From contig OY970223.1 in assembly GCA_963714015.1 (NCBI GenBank), positions 2,496,001 to 2,560,000 on the forward strand: DNA of 64,000 bases, read 5' to 3'. Positions 31,605-41,381 of the stretch are shown piece after piece (position 1 is the first letter of the stretch; each line of letters begins with the position of its first letter). The notes beneath the pieces are model-generated. The model saw only the letters and a list, made by a program, of their open reading frames with translations, was not told where the DNA came from and made no database searches. The translations under genes were made by a program, and so were the position numbers. This stretch comes from Vulcanimicrobiota bacterium. Its GTDB lineage: Bacteria > Vulcanimicrobiota > Vulcanimicrobiia > Vulcanimicrobiales > Vulcanimicrobiaceae.

Positions 31605-32086
31605 TCGTCCTGGCCGCATTGGTCTTCGCCGTAAGCAGCACGACGTTTCAAGCCGGCGCGACGATGCCCAAGAAGACGATTTACAATCAAAGCGGATGCA
31701 CCGGCGCAAACGTCTCACCCGAATTGCATTGGAAAGGTGCACCGGCGAACACTCGCAGCTTCGCGATCGTCATGCACGATCCCGACGCCCCTGCGCCGGG
31801 CGGCTGGTATCACTGGGTGGTCTATAATTTGCCCGCATCCACGCATCGTTTAGCGGAATCTGCACCGCTCAAAACCACGCAGCTCGGCATGACGTCGTGG
31901 GGCGCTGCCGCCTACGGCGGACCGTGCCCTCCGCGCGGCAAAGTCCATCACTACGTCGTCACCGTTTACGCGCTGAATCTTCGTTCGATTCGCCGAGCGC
32001 ATTTGACCGGGCCTCAAGTCGAAGCGGCCGTCGCCGGCCACACACTAGGTAAAGCCGCGATCGTCGGACTCTACCAAATGCGCTAA
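31601..32086 (+). CDS. YbhB/YbcL (PEBP) family protein
   Basis: SPELHW, HDPDAP, HWVVYNLP, YGGPCPP..HHY. Confidence 0.93.
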   Translation: MIVLAALVFAVSSTTFQAGATMPKKTIYNQSGCTGANVSPELHWKGAPANTRSFAIVMHDPDAPAPGGWYHWVVYNLPASTHRLAESAPLKTTQLGMTSWGAAAYGGPCPPRGKVHHYVVTVYALNLRSIRRAHLTGPQVEAAVAGHTLGKAAIVGLYQMR

Positions 32087-32121
32087 AGGAGCCGCGCACT
32101 CCAGCGAAGCAAGACTAGCGC

Positions 32122-32571
32122 ATGCGTTTGCTTATCGCCACCGCCGCCCTTGCACTTCTCGGCGCGCTTACTTCCCCGGGAGCCTCGCTGGCGCAATCCG
32201 CCGCGCCTGCTCCCACCGCTACACCGTCGGAAAACCCGGCGCACACCGCAATCGCCAAGGCGCAGCTCGCCGCCTGGACGAGCGGGAAAATCGACACATC
32301 CGACTATGGCGAACAATTCAAAACCCTTCTCACGCCCAGCGCCGTCAGTCAGGTCGGCTCGCTGATCGCTTCGGGCGGGGCCGCGACCTTCGACGGTTAC
32401 AAGGGAATGGCACAGCAGATGGGCGTGACCGTCGAAACGTACGGAATCACATTTGCAAAGCCGATCTCATTGCCGGCGCAGATGGGACCGACGACGAGCA
32501 AATGGATGGAAGCGATCGCTTTCGATTCGGATGGAAAGATCGTCTTCTTGCGTTTCTTTCCTCAGCAGTAG
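32122..32571 (+). CDS. Secreted hypothetical protein
   Basis: Signal peptide, PAPTATPS linker, coding-like composition. Confidence 0.7.
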   Translation: MRLLIATAALALLGALTSPGASLAQSAAPAPTATPSENPAHTAIAKAQLAAWTSGKIDTSDYGEQFKTLLTPSAVSQVGSLIASGGAATFDGYKGMAQQMGVTVETYGITFAKPISLPAQMGPTTSKWMEAIAFDSDGKIVFLRFFPQQ

Positions 32572-32588
32572 GAACGCGCCGAGACCGT

Positions 32589-34073
32589 CTACGGCCAGCG
32601 GTACGCCGCCAAAGCGTTCCACTGGTCGGGCTGCGTGCCGTCCCACGCAAAGAAACACTCGCCGATTGCGCCGGCCGCTTTGCTTGCGTCGAGTGATGCC
32701 GTAATCTCATTTGCCGGAGGGGATCCGTCCTGCCCGAGCGCGTTCGTTTGGCCTCCCACGCTGATCGGTATCGGGCGCCTCGCCAGCGACTGTACTTCGT
32801 CAAACGATGCGCGCACGATTCCGGCCACCTGCGCGGGACCGCCGGCGTCTGTGCGCAGCATGCGCCAGTACGTCATGGGCTGCAGCACGTCGGTATACCG
32901 CGCGATCTGCCGGTACGGATACATCTGCTGCGTGAGATGCTCCAAGTAAGGATCTTCGATCGTCGCCATCAGCAGATACTTCGGGCCTAACGCGGCGCGA
33001 AGGTACGCCATGTATTGCCACAGCGCCGGCAGACCTTGTGGTGCGCCGCCCATAAAGTCCCCGCCGCGTTCCAAATCCACCGCAACTCCGGCAAGGCGCG
33101 TACCGCGCGCAGTCCGGTAGTACGCGGTCCGCACGCTCGTCTGCAGATCCTCGAATGTCGTGTCACGCGGCACCGTCCAGCCGATCGTTCCGATGCCGCG
33201 CCGCGCGAGTTGGTCGACGATCGCGTCGATCGTCGGCTTTGCTTCAGGAGTGATCTCCCAATACGCGCCGTACGCGGTACGGAGTTCGACGTAATGCAAT
33301 CCCGCTCGCGCCGCGCGATCGGCGAGGGCCGCGGGATCGAGGTGTCTGTAGTAGATCGCATCGAGCGGATTGGTCGTGAAATACAGCCACATTGCCTTTC
33401 CGCTCACGTTGGCAATGCGAGTCGCGGGCATCCTCGCGGGAACCCTGACACTGAGTGCGATCGGAGCGAAACCCGCGCGATATAACGTATAACGATAAAA
33501 ATGACCGGGTTCTGCGCTGCCGTCGCGATACGTTGAACTCGGCCCCGCAATGATTGCGAGCGTATGCGAAGTTCCCGCCGAATCGTAGCGCACGACGCGA
33601 GCAGTGCGCAATTCCTGCGGAAACCATCCGATCTGCACGAGATGCGGCCCGAGCGCTTCGGCCACGACGCGCGGCGCGTGCCATGTGCGCGTGTCCGTGG
33701 TCGCGCTGACGATTCCCAGCGATGGATAGTTGCACCGCACGCTAAGATGGAGGACACCGTCACGCGACGTCTTCACGATCGCCGACGGCTGACCGAAGCG
33801 CAGCCGCGTCTGCCATTGCACGTACCCGTCTCGTGAATTCCAGTCGAGATCGCTATTGGCCATGATGCGCGTCGGCTTTCCCTGAGCGTCGTAGAAGCGC
33901 GCAACGACGAGCCAGCGAGCGTTGCCGTCGGGGTCGAAACCGAGCGGGCGCGACGCAACCGCGAACCGCACTGCCGGGCGCCCGAAATACACCGGCGCGG
34001 TCGAAGTCGGCTTGGGCAGCGGTGTGGCCTGCAGGAGCAGCGCAACGGCCGGGACGGCGATCGAAAACCTCAC
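32589..34073 (-). CDS. Secreted protein with beta-sandwich region and probable glycoside-hydrolase-like barrel
   Basis: Signal peptide, GKAMWLY, VAVDLE, LQPMTYW, FFAWD patterns. The fold call is inference. Confidence 0.6.
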   Translation of the reverse strand: MRFSIAVPAVALLLQATPLPKPTSTAPVYFGRPAVRFAVASRPLGFDPDGNARWLVVARFYDAQGKPTRIMANSDLDWNSRDGYVQWQTRLRFGQPSAIVKTSRDGVLHLSVRCNYPSLGIVSATTDTRTWHAPRVVAEALGPHLVQIGWFPQELRTARVVRYDSAGTSHTLAIIAGPSSTYRDGSAEPGHFYRYTLYRAGFAPIALSVRVPARMPATRIANVSGKAMWLYFTTNPLDAIYYRHLDPAALADRAARAGLHYVELRTAYGAYWEITPEAKPTIDAIVDQLARRGIGTIGWTVPRDTTFEDLQTSVRTAYYRTARGTRLAGVAVDLERGGDFMGGAPQGLPALWQYMAYLRAALGPKYLLMATIEDPYLEHLTQQMYPYRQIARYTDVLQPMTYWRMLRTDAGGPAQVAGIVRASFDEVQSLARRPIPISVGGQTNALGQDGSPPANEITASLDASKAAGAIGECFFAWDGTQPDQWNALAAYRWP

Positions 34074-34137
34074 CCGGCGATTATACGGTCATACGTTGCA
34101 GCAGGTCTTTTTTTCAGCCGTCTGCTAAGAACGATGC

Positions 34138-34356
34138 GTGAGCGAAGTGCGCATCAAGGTCCGCGAAAGCGGCCCCTATCTGGTCACCGGCCCGGTCATG
34201 CTGACGGATTGTGACGGCCAGACCTACACAATTACCGGTGAAAACGTGGCCCTTTGCCGATGCGGTCAATCTTCGACCAAACCGTTTTGCGACGGAACGC
34301 ACAAAATATGCGGATTTACCGCAACGGAACGCGCGCCCCAACCGGCTGGAGAGTAA
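34138..34356 (+). CDS. CDGSH iron-sulfur domain protein
   Basis: LCRCGQSSTKPFCDGTH. Confidence 0.95.
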   Translation: MSEVRIKVRESGPYLVTGPVMLTDCDGQTYTITGENVALCRCGQSSTKPFCDGTHKICGFTATERAPQPAGE

Positions 34357-34359
34357 TCG

Positions 34360-35532
34360 ATGCCTTCTTACATTCGCGCAGGCAGCCTGCCCGCGAAACG
34401 ACACATCCAGTTCCGGCGGCCCGACGGCGGGCTCTACGCCGAAGAGCTCTTCTCGACTAAAGGCTTCGAAAGCGTCTACTCGCTTCTGTATCATCTCCGC
34501 CCGCCGACGGCGACGCTGGACGTGCGGCCGTGGAACCGCCCCGCAGTCGTTCTGCACGACAACGATCCGTTGCGCAACCGGCACTTCAAAACGTCGGCAA
34601 TGACGCCGGGCGAGGACGCAATCGAATCGCGCACGCCGCTGCTCGGCAACGGCGATCTCCTCATTTCGATCGCGGACGCGAAGCGGCCGATGGAGTACTT
34701 CTACCGCAACGTCGGCGGCGACGAACTGATCTTCGTCCATCGCGGAGAAGGCATGCTCCGTACGCCGTTCGGCGATCTCGCATACCGCCCGCACGACTAT
34801 CTCGTAATTCCGACCGGCACGACCTATCGCGTCATTCCGTCGTCCCCGACGCGCATGCTCGTGCACGAAAGCGCCGGCATGGTGAAGATCCCCCGCAAGT
34901 ACCGCAACGAGTTCGGCCAGCTCGACGAGTCGGCTCCCTACTACGAGCGCGACTTTCGCGTACCGGTGCTCCAAGATCCCGTCGACGAACGCGGAGAGTT
35001 TGAAGTACGCGTGACCAATAACGGACGAAGCGCGGTCTATCTGGTTCAGAATCATCCTTGCGACGTCGTAGGCTGGGATGGGTTCTGTTATCCGTACGCC
35101 TTCAACGTCGACGAATTTGCGCCCATTACCGGAAAATTGCATCAGCCGCCCCCGGCGCATGCGACGTTCGAGGCGCCGGGCGCAGCGTTCTGCGCCTTCG
35201 TGCCGCGGTTGTTCGATTACCATCCTCTTGCCATTCCCGTACCGTACAATCATTCGAGCGTCGATTGCGACGAAGTGCTCTACTATGTCAGCGGCAACTT
35301 CATGAGCCGCCGGGGCGTCGAAGAGGGTTCGATTACGCTGCACGCCGCGGGCGCGCCTCACGGCCCTCAGCCGGGAGCGGTAGAGGCCAGCCTGGGAAAA
35401 ACGTCAACCGACGAGATCGCGGTTATGGTCGACACGTTCAAGCCGCTGCAGTTGGCGGAACAAACACTCGCTATCGAAGACGAGAAGTACTACCGGTCTT
35501 GGATCGAGGAGCCCGCACCGCTGACGCGATAG
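34360..35532 (+). CDS. hmgA: Homogentisate 1,2-dioxygenase
   Basis: DVVGWDG, HQPPP.H.TF, PYNHS.VD.DE, HGPQPG, AVMVDT; clustered with fahA and hppD. Confidence 0.93.
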   Translation: MPSYIRAGSLPAKRHIQFRRPDGGLYAEELFSTKGFESVYSLLYHLRPPTATLDVRPWNRPAVVLHDNDPLRNRHFKTSAMTPGEDAIESRTPLLGNGDLLISIADAKRPMEYFYRNVGGDELIFVHRGEGMLRTPFGDLAYRPHDYLVIPTGTTYRVIPSSPTRMLVHESAGMVKIPRKYRNEFGQLDESAPYYERDFRVPVLQDPVDERGEFEVRVTNNGRSAVYLVQNHPCDVVGWDGFCYPYAFNVDEFAPITGKLHQPPPAHATFEAPGAAFCAFVPRLFDYHPLAIPVPYNHSSVDCDEVLYYVSGNFMSRRGVEEGSITLHAAGAPHGPQPGAVEASLGKTSTDEIAVMVDTFKPLQLAEQTLAIEDEKYYRSWIEEPAPLTR

Positions 35533-35737
35533 CGCCGAAGACCACTGCACTGATCACGATAGCGGCAAGCTCCCGCCACACGAAGGCGTCCCATTCGTAA
35601 TGGGTCTTGACCGGCTGCTCGAGCTGCACGGGCGCATAGGAAGATCCGGCCGCATGCTGTTGTTCCCGCTGAAAGAGCCACGCGTTCCCGAGCGTCAGAA
35701 GCAGCAAGAAAATAAAGCCCAGGAGCAGCAAACGCAT
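35471..35737 (-). CDS. Small two-TM hypothetical protein
   Basis: Two hydrophobic segments, directly downstream of fahA, overlaps the hmgA 3' end. Confidence 0.5.
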   Translation of the reverse strand: MRLLLLGFIFLLLLTLGNAWLFQREQQHAAGSSYAPVQLEQPVKTHYEWDAFVWRELAAIVISAVVFGAIASAVRAPRSKTGSTSRLR

Positions 35738-35745
35738 TTAGCGTG

Positions 35746-37020
35746 CTAGACCTCCGCCGGTAGAATCGTGCCGCTGACGGATCCCAGGCCGATGCGCGGC
35801 TTTCCGGGAGCGCTGCAGTAACCGCGCAGTGTGACGGTATCCCCGTCTTCCAAAAACGAGCGCCGTTCTCCGGACGGGAGCTGCACCGGACGTTCGCCGC
35901 GCCACGTCAGCTCGATGAAGCTGCCGCAACTGTCCGGCTCTCTGCCCGAGATCGTACCCGAGGCGTACAAGTCTCCCGGACGCACCGCCGTTCCGTTAAC
36001 CGTGGCGTGTGCGAGTTGCTGAGCCATGTTCCAGTACATATCCTTGAAGTTCGTGCGCGAGACGATCTGTGCCGGCAGCCCTTGTTCCCGCATGCGCGAA
36101 GTTTCCAACTCGACGGCGAGTTGAATGTCATAGTTCCACGCTTCGCGGCACTGCAGGTAGGGAAGCGGCTGCGGATCTTGCTCGGGGCCGGCAACGCGAT
36201 ACGGTTCCAGCGCGTCGAGCGACACAACCCACGGTGATACGGAAGTTGCAAACGACTTGCCCAAAAACGGCCCTAGCGGCTGATATTCCCATGCTTGAAT
36301 GTCGCGCGCACTCCAATCGTTGACCAGCACGACGCCGAAGATGTGATCGCGCGCGCGGCCGGTCGTAATGCGCGTTCCCATGGCGTTACCGGGACCCGCG
36401 ACAAAGCCGAGTTCGAGCTCGATGTCGAGGGAGCGCGACGCTCCGAACTGCGGCGCTTCCTCCGTTGGCGCTTTGCGCTGGCCGCACGGCCGAATCACGG
36501 GCGTGCCGTCGACGACGATGGTGCTGGACCGGCCGTGATACCCGATTGGGATCCACCGCCAATTCGGCAGCAGCGGATCGCCGCCCGGCCGAAAAAGCCG
36601 TCCGAGATTGGTGGCGTGTTCGATCGAGGAGTAGAAGTCGACGTAATCGCCGGCCGAAAACGGAAGCAGCATGCGCGCGTCACGCTGCCGCACGAGAAAT
36701 CCGTCGCGGCTTTGCGCCGAAATCTCCGCCGAGCCGGCGTCGAGCAGCCGCGTGAGTCGTTCGCGGACGCTCGACCAGACGCTGCGGCCGGCCGCAAGCA
36801 GCGGATTCAACGTGGACGCCTGCAGAATGCGCCGGTCGACGGTTTCTTCGAACAGATCCTCCTGCGCCGCTAAATAGAGATCGAAGATGCTCGCACCGAT
36901 CGCGGCGCCGATGTGCGGCTCGCCGTCCTGCGCGGCAAAGACGCCGAGCGGAAGATTCTGCAGCGGAAAGCCGGACTCGGCATCGACCGGAACCCAAGAA
37001 TGCATTTCGCCGGAGTTCAT
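35746..37020 (-). CDS. fahA: Fumarylacetoacetase
   Basis: FPLQNLPLG, GDYVDFYSS..HATN, LDIELE, NDWSARDIQ.WEY.PLGPF.GK. Confidence 0.96.
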   Translation of the reverse strand: MNSGEMHSWVPVDAESGFPLQNLPLGVFAAQDGEPHIGAAIGASIFDLYLAAQEDLFEETVDRRILQASTLNPLLAAGRSVWSSVRERLTRLLDAGSAEISAQSRDGFLVRQRDARMLLPFSAGDYVDFYSSIEHATNLGRLFRPGGDPLLPNWRWIPIGYHGRSSTIVVDGTPVIRPCGQRKAPTEEAPQFGASRSLDIELELGFVAGPGNAMGTRITTGRARDHIFGVVLVNDWSARDIQAWEYQPLGPFLGKSFATSVSPWVVSLDALEPYRVAGPEQDPQPLPYLQCREAWNYDIQLAVELETSRMREQGLPAQIVSRTNFKDMYWNMAQQLAHATVNGTAVRPGDLYASGTISGREPDSCGSFIELTWRGERPVQLPSGERRSFLEDGDTVTLRGYCSAPGKPRIGLGSVSGTILPAEV

Positions 37021-37892
37021 TTATAACAGCGCGAGCGCTTGCAGATCGTCGACCGGCTCGGCAAAACTGCAACTGCCGTACGCCGCAAAGCCGCGGTCGC
37101 GCGCTTGCTGCACTTGCCCCGTCGTTGCGCGCAGATCGCGCCAGCGCAAGCCGTCTTGATCGAAGGCAAAGGCCTGCGGATCCTCCGACTCCAAGCACTC
37201 CGTCAGGGCCGCTTCGCCGGCGCCTCGATCGGCGAATACTGAAGCAAAGAGCAGATTCAAAAAACCGTGCATCACAAAGCCCGTCTTCGGATCTTTGTGC
37301 CGGATCGGGTGATGCAGACCGGCTGTCGCTTTGTAGGGAACGCCGTGCCGCGCGGCCGACGCGAGAAAGGCTGCGATTTCGCGCGGCTGCGGAAACGCTG
37401 CGGGTTCCAAACCGCCGCAGCGGATCTTTGCGCCGAAGCCGCTCTCGCGCAGCAGTGCCATCGTGCGATCGAGCGTGTTAAGCCAGTCTTCGCCGCGCGG
37501 CCATTCAACGTAACGCGGATAGTGCACGGTCTATCCGCGTTCCGGATGCGTTCGGCGACTTTCGCGATCTTCTCGGGTTCGATGCGCGATTCGAAGACTT
37601 CGATTCGCGCGCGCGCCCCTTCGGGCGTGAACCAGCCGCTACCGGGATCGACGATGGCGCTCAGCCGAAAAGGCGCGGCATCCGGCGGTATTGCGGACTG
37701 GAGTTCGGAGAGTCGAGAGAGCGGCACGATGAATCGTCCCAGCATCCACGCGTAAGGACCGTTGCGGGCAGCCTCGTACTCCGCGGCGGCGGAGGCGGCG
37801 TCGAGCTCGGCCGGCGGGAAAAGCCCGGCATAGTCGATCAGGGCCGTAAGAGCGGCGGAAACGGCGGGAAGCGGTGCGGCGGTCGCGGACAT
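37021..37892 (-). CDS. Conserved hypothetical protein (DYAGLFPPA...KATAGLHHP; frameshift ~37528)
   Basis: Two ORFs (37272..37892 and 37021..37527) form one protein: LIDYAGLFPPA, KIRCGG, YKATAGLHHP, HGFLNL, YGSCSFAEP. Confidence 0.82.
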
Positions 37893-37929
37893 ACAGGGCC
37901 GCTTCGGCCGGCTCGCAAAGTGCCCTTCA

Positions 37930-39045
37930 ATGACTACGATGAGTTCGCCGAAAGCAAATCCGCTGGCCGAGATCGACTGGGACTATATCGAGTTCTACGT
38001 CGGGAACGCAAAGCAAGCTGCATATTATTACTGCACGGCGTTCGGCTTCGATCAAGTCGCGTACGCCGGTCCGGAAACCGGCGTGAAGGGCCGCGCTTCT
38101 TACGTGCTCACACAGAACAAACTGCGGTTCGTCCTCACGTCGAGCTTGGTGCCCGGCGACGACGTCACGCGCCATGTCGCCGCGCACGGGGACGGCGTCA
38201 AAGACGTCGCGATTCTCGTTCAAGACGCAAAGGCGGCGTACGATGCGGCAATCGCCGGCGGCGCCAAATCCGTGCTCGCGCCGACGGAGCAGCGCGACGA
38301 ACATGGGCGCATCATCCGGGCGACGATCGCCAGTTACGGCGACACGGTTCACAGTTTCATCCAGCGCGACGGTTACGCCGGAGTCTTCATGCCGGGATTC
38401 ATTCCCAAACCCTGGAGCCCGCCGCTCACGCAGAAACCGGGACTGCAGTTCATCGACCACTGCGTGGGCAACGTCGGCTGGGGCGAGATGGACCCATGGG
38501 GCGATTTTTACGCTCGCGTGTTCGGATTCTCGCAACTGGTCTCGTTCGACGACAAGGACATATCTACCGAATACACGGCGCTCAAGTCCAAAGTGATGAC
38601 TGACGCCGACCACCGCGTCAAATTCCCGATCAACGAACCCGCCCAAGGCAAGAAAAAGTCGCAGATCGAGGAGTACTTGGATTTCTACGGGGGTCCCGGA
38701 GTCCAGCACATCGCAATACGGACCGACGACATCATCGCCACGATTCGCGCGCTCAAGGCCAACGGCGTCGAATTTCTCGACACGCCTGACTCCTATTACG
38801 AGGATCTGGAAGGGCGAGTCGGACGAATCGACGAGGCAATGCAGGTACTGCGCGATTTGCGGATTCTGGTCGACCGCGACGATTTGGGGTACATGCTGCA
38901 GATCTTCACCAAGCCGCTGCAGGATCGCCCGACGGTGTTCTTCGAGATCATTCAGCGCAAGGGGTCGCTGAGCTTCGGCAAGGGAAACTTCAAAGCGCTC
39001 TTCGTATCGATTGAGAAGGAGCAGGAGAAACGCGGAACTCTGTGA
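37930..39045 (+). CDS. hppD: 4-hydroxyphenylpyruvate dioxygenase
   Basis: HGDGVKDVA, IDHCVGNV, SQIEEYL, GVQHIA, FFEIIQR..FGKGNFKALF. Confidence 0.97.
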   Translation: MTTMSSPKANPLAEIDWDYIEFYVGNAKQAAYYYCTAFGFDQVAYAGPETGVKGRASYVLTQNKLRFVLTSSLVPGDDVTRHVAAHGDGVKDVAILVQDAKAAYDAAIAGGAKSVLAPTEQRDEHGRIIRATIASYGDTVHSFIQRDGYAGVFMPGFIPKPWSPPLTQKPGLQFIDHCVGNVGWGEMDPWGDFYARVFGFSQLVSFDDKDISTEYTALKSKVMTDADHRVKFPINEPAQGKKKSQIEEYLDFYGGPGVQHIAIRTDDIIATIRALKANGVEFLDTPDSYYEDLEGRVGRIDEAMQVLRDLRILVDRDDLGYMLQIFTKPLQDRPTVFFEIIQRKGSLSFGKGNFKALFVSIEKEQEKRGTL

Positions 39046-39935
39046 TTCCGCGTGGTCCGGTAAGCGCCGTCGACGCGGTCATGCTCGAGGCGCGAGCAGC
39101 GGATCTCGCAAAACGATCGATAAAAACTACGGCGAAGATAGCCGGAATTCGTCTCGCCGTCGCATGCATGGATTTGACGACGCTCGAAGGTAAAGACTCG
39201 CAAGGCCGGGTGCGATCGCTGTGTGCAAAAGCGATCCGTCCTGCGGCGCATCTGCCGGAGATCCCTAGTGTGGCCGCAGTCTGCGTGTACCCGAGTTTGG
39301 TGGCCGTAGCAAAAGAGGCGCTGCAGGGAAGCGGCGTTAAGGTCGCCTCCGTTGCGACGGCGTTCCCAAGCGGCCTCTCCTCACTGGAAGTACGCCTTGC
39401 CGATACGCAGGCCGCGATAGAGGCGGGCGCCGACGAAATCGACATGGTGATCGACCGCGGCGCGTTCTTATCCGGACGCGAGCGCGAAGTATTCGAGGAG
39501 ATCGTTGCGGTCAAACGTCTCTGCGGCGACCTGCATCTGAAAGTCATTCTCGAAACCGGTGAGCTCGGAAGCTATGACGCCGTCCGCGGCGCGTCCGACT
39601 TGGCGCTCGAAGCGGGCGCCGACATCATCAAAACCTCGACGGGTAAAGTCGGCACGAACGCGACGTTCCCGGTAGCGCTCGCGATGTGCGAGGCGATCCG
39701 GGATTATTGCCGCAGCACCGGCCGCCGCGCCGGTCTAAAGGTCGCCGGCGGCGTGCGAACGACGAAGCAGGCGCTCACGTATCTGGTCATCGTGAAAGAA
39801 ACGCTCGGCTCCGACTGGCTTACGCCGGATCTGTTCCGTATCGGCGCCAGTTCGCTGCTGGACGACCTGCTGATGCAGTACGACAAAGAGCTGACCGGAA
39901 ACTACGCCGGTCCCGATTATTTTCCGAAAGATTAA
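39042..39935 (+). CDS. deoC: Deoxyribose-phosphate aldolase
   Basis: DLTTLEG, GADEIDMVI, KVILETGEL, KTSTGK, LKVAGG, RIGASSL. Confidence 0.96.
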   Translation: MIPRGPVSAVDAVMLEARAADLAKRSIKTTAKIAGIRLAVACMDLTTLEGKDSQGRVRSLCAKAIRPAAHLPEIPSVAAVCVYPSLVAVAKEALQGSGVKVASVATAFPSGLSSLEVRLADTQAAIEAGADEIDMVIDRGAFLSGREREVFEEIVAVKRLCGDLHLKVILETGELGSYDAVRGASDLALEAGADIIKTSTGKVGTNATFPVALAMCEAIRDYCRSTGRRAGLKVAGGVRTTKQALTYLVIVKETLGSDWLTPDLFRIGASSLLDDLLMQYDKELTGNYAGPDYFPKD

Positions 39936-39940
39936 CGAGA

Positions 39941-41381
39941 ATGACGCACCGCCTTTGAGTACGCGCCAGCGCCCGAGTCGACGAAGCCCCGCATCGAGGA
40001 ACAGTACGAGCTCTTCATCGGGGGCGAGTGGGCGGCGCCGCGCAGCAACGGTCACTTCGAAACGGTGAACCCGGCAAACGAAGAGCCGCTGGCGCGCATC
40101 GCGTACGCCGGCGCCGAGGACGTCGATCGCGCCGTGCGCGCCGCCCGCAAAGCGTACGACAAATATTGGCGCAAGATGCGGCCCGCCGATCGCGCAAAAT
40201 ACGTCTACCGTATCGCGCGCACGATCACGGAACGGTCGCGGGAACTTGCAGTACTCGAGACGCTCGACGGCGGCAAACCCATCCGCGAGTCGCGAGACTT
40301 CGACGTTCCGGCCGCGGCGGCGCACTTCTTTTACTATGCGGGATGGGCAGACAAGCTCGAGTGGGCGATGCGCGCGGGGCGCGAACCTGCGCCTATCGGC
40401 GTAGCCGGTCAGATCGTACCCTGGAATTTTCCGCTGCTCATGGCGGCTTGGAAAGTTGCGCCGGCGCTCGCATGCGGAAACACCGTCGTGCTCAAACCGG
40501 CCGAGACGACGCCGCTGACGGCGCTCGCGCTCGCGAAGATCGCCGAGGAAGCGGATCTTCCGCCCGGAGTTCTCAACGTCATAACCGGAGACGGCGAGAC
40601 GGGAGCAGCGCTCGTCTCGCACGACGGGGTGGACAAGATCGCCTTTACCGGATCCACGCAGGTCGGCAAGGGCATTCAACGCGCACTTGCCGGCAAGGGG
40701 AAGCGGCTGACGCTGGAACTCGGCGGAAAGGCAGCGCATGTGGTATTTGCGGATGCTCCGATCGATCAAGCGATCGAAGGGATCGTCAACGGCATTTACT
40801 TCAATCAGGGACACGTCTGCTGTGCCGGATCCCGTCTGCTCGTCGAGGAAAGCATCCATGACGAAGTCGTCGTGCGGCTCACCGAGCGTCTGCAGACGCT
40901 CAGGCTGGGCGATCCGCTCGACAAAAACACCGATATAGGCGCAATCAACTCGCGCGCGCAACTCGAGAAGATTCAAGAGCTCGTCAAGAGCGGAATCGAC
41001 GAGGGTGCCGTGCTCGTTCAGCAATCGTGCGCGCTGCCGGAACGCGGGTACTTTTTTCCGGCCTCCTTCTTCACGCGCGTCCAGCAGTCGCATCGCATCG
41101 CGCGAGAAGAAATCTTCGGCCCGGTGCTTTCAATACTCACTTTCCGCACGCCGGACGAAGCGATAGAAAAAGCAAACAACACGCCTTATGGTTTGTCCGC
41201 CGGAATCTGGACCGACAAAGGCAGCAAGAACATGTATGTCGCTCAGCACATGCGTGCGGGAGTCGTGTGGTGCAATTCGTTCAATCGTTTCGATCCGAGT
41301 TCGCCGTTCGGAGGGTTCAGAGAATCCGGTTTTGGACGCGAGGGCGGCGTCCACGGATTATATGAATACCTGGCTGGCTGA
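39941..41381 (+). CDS. Aldehyde dehydrogenase (deoC-linked; +1 indel ~39947)
   Basis: PWNFP, FTGST, LELGGK, FNQGHVCCAG, EEIFGPV. The N-terminus (AFEYAPAPE..LFIGGEW) extends upstream of the track start to ATG 39941. Confidence 0.94.
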
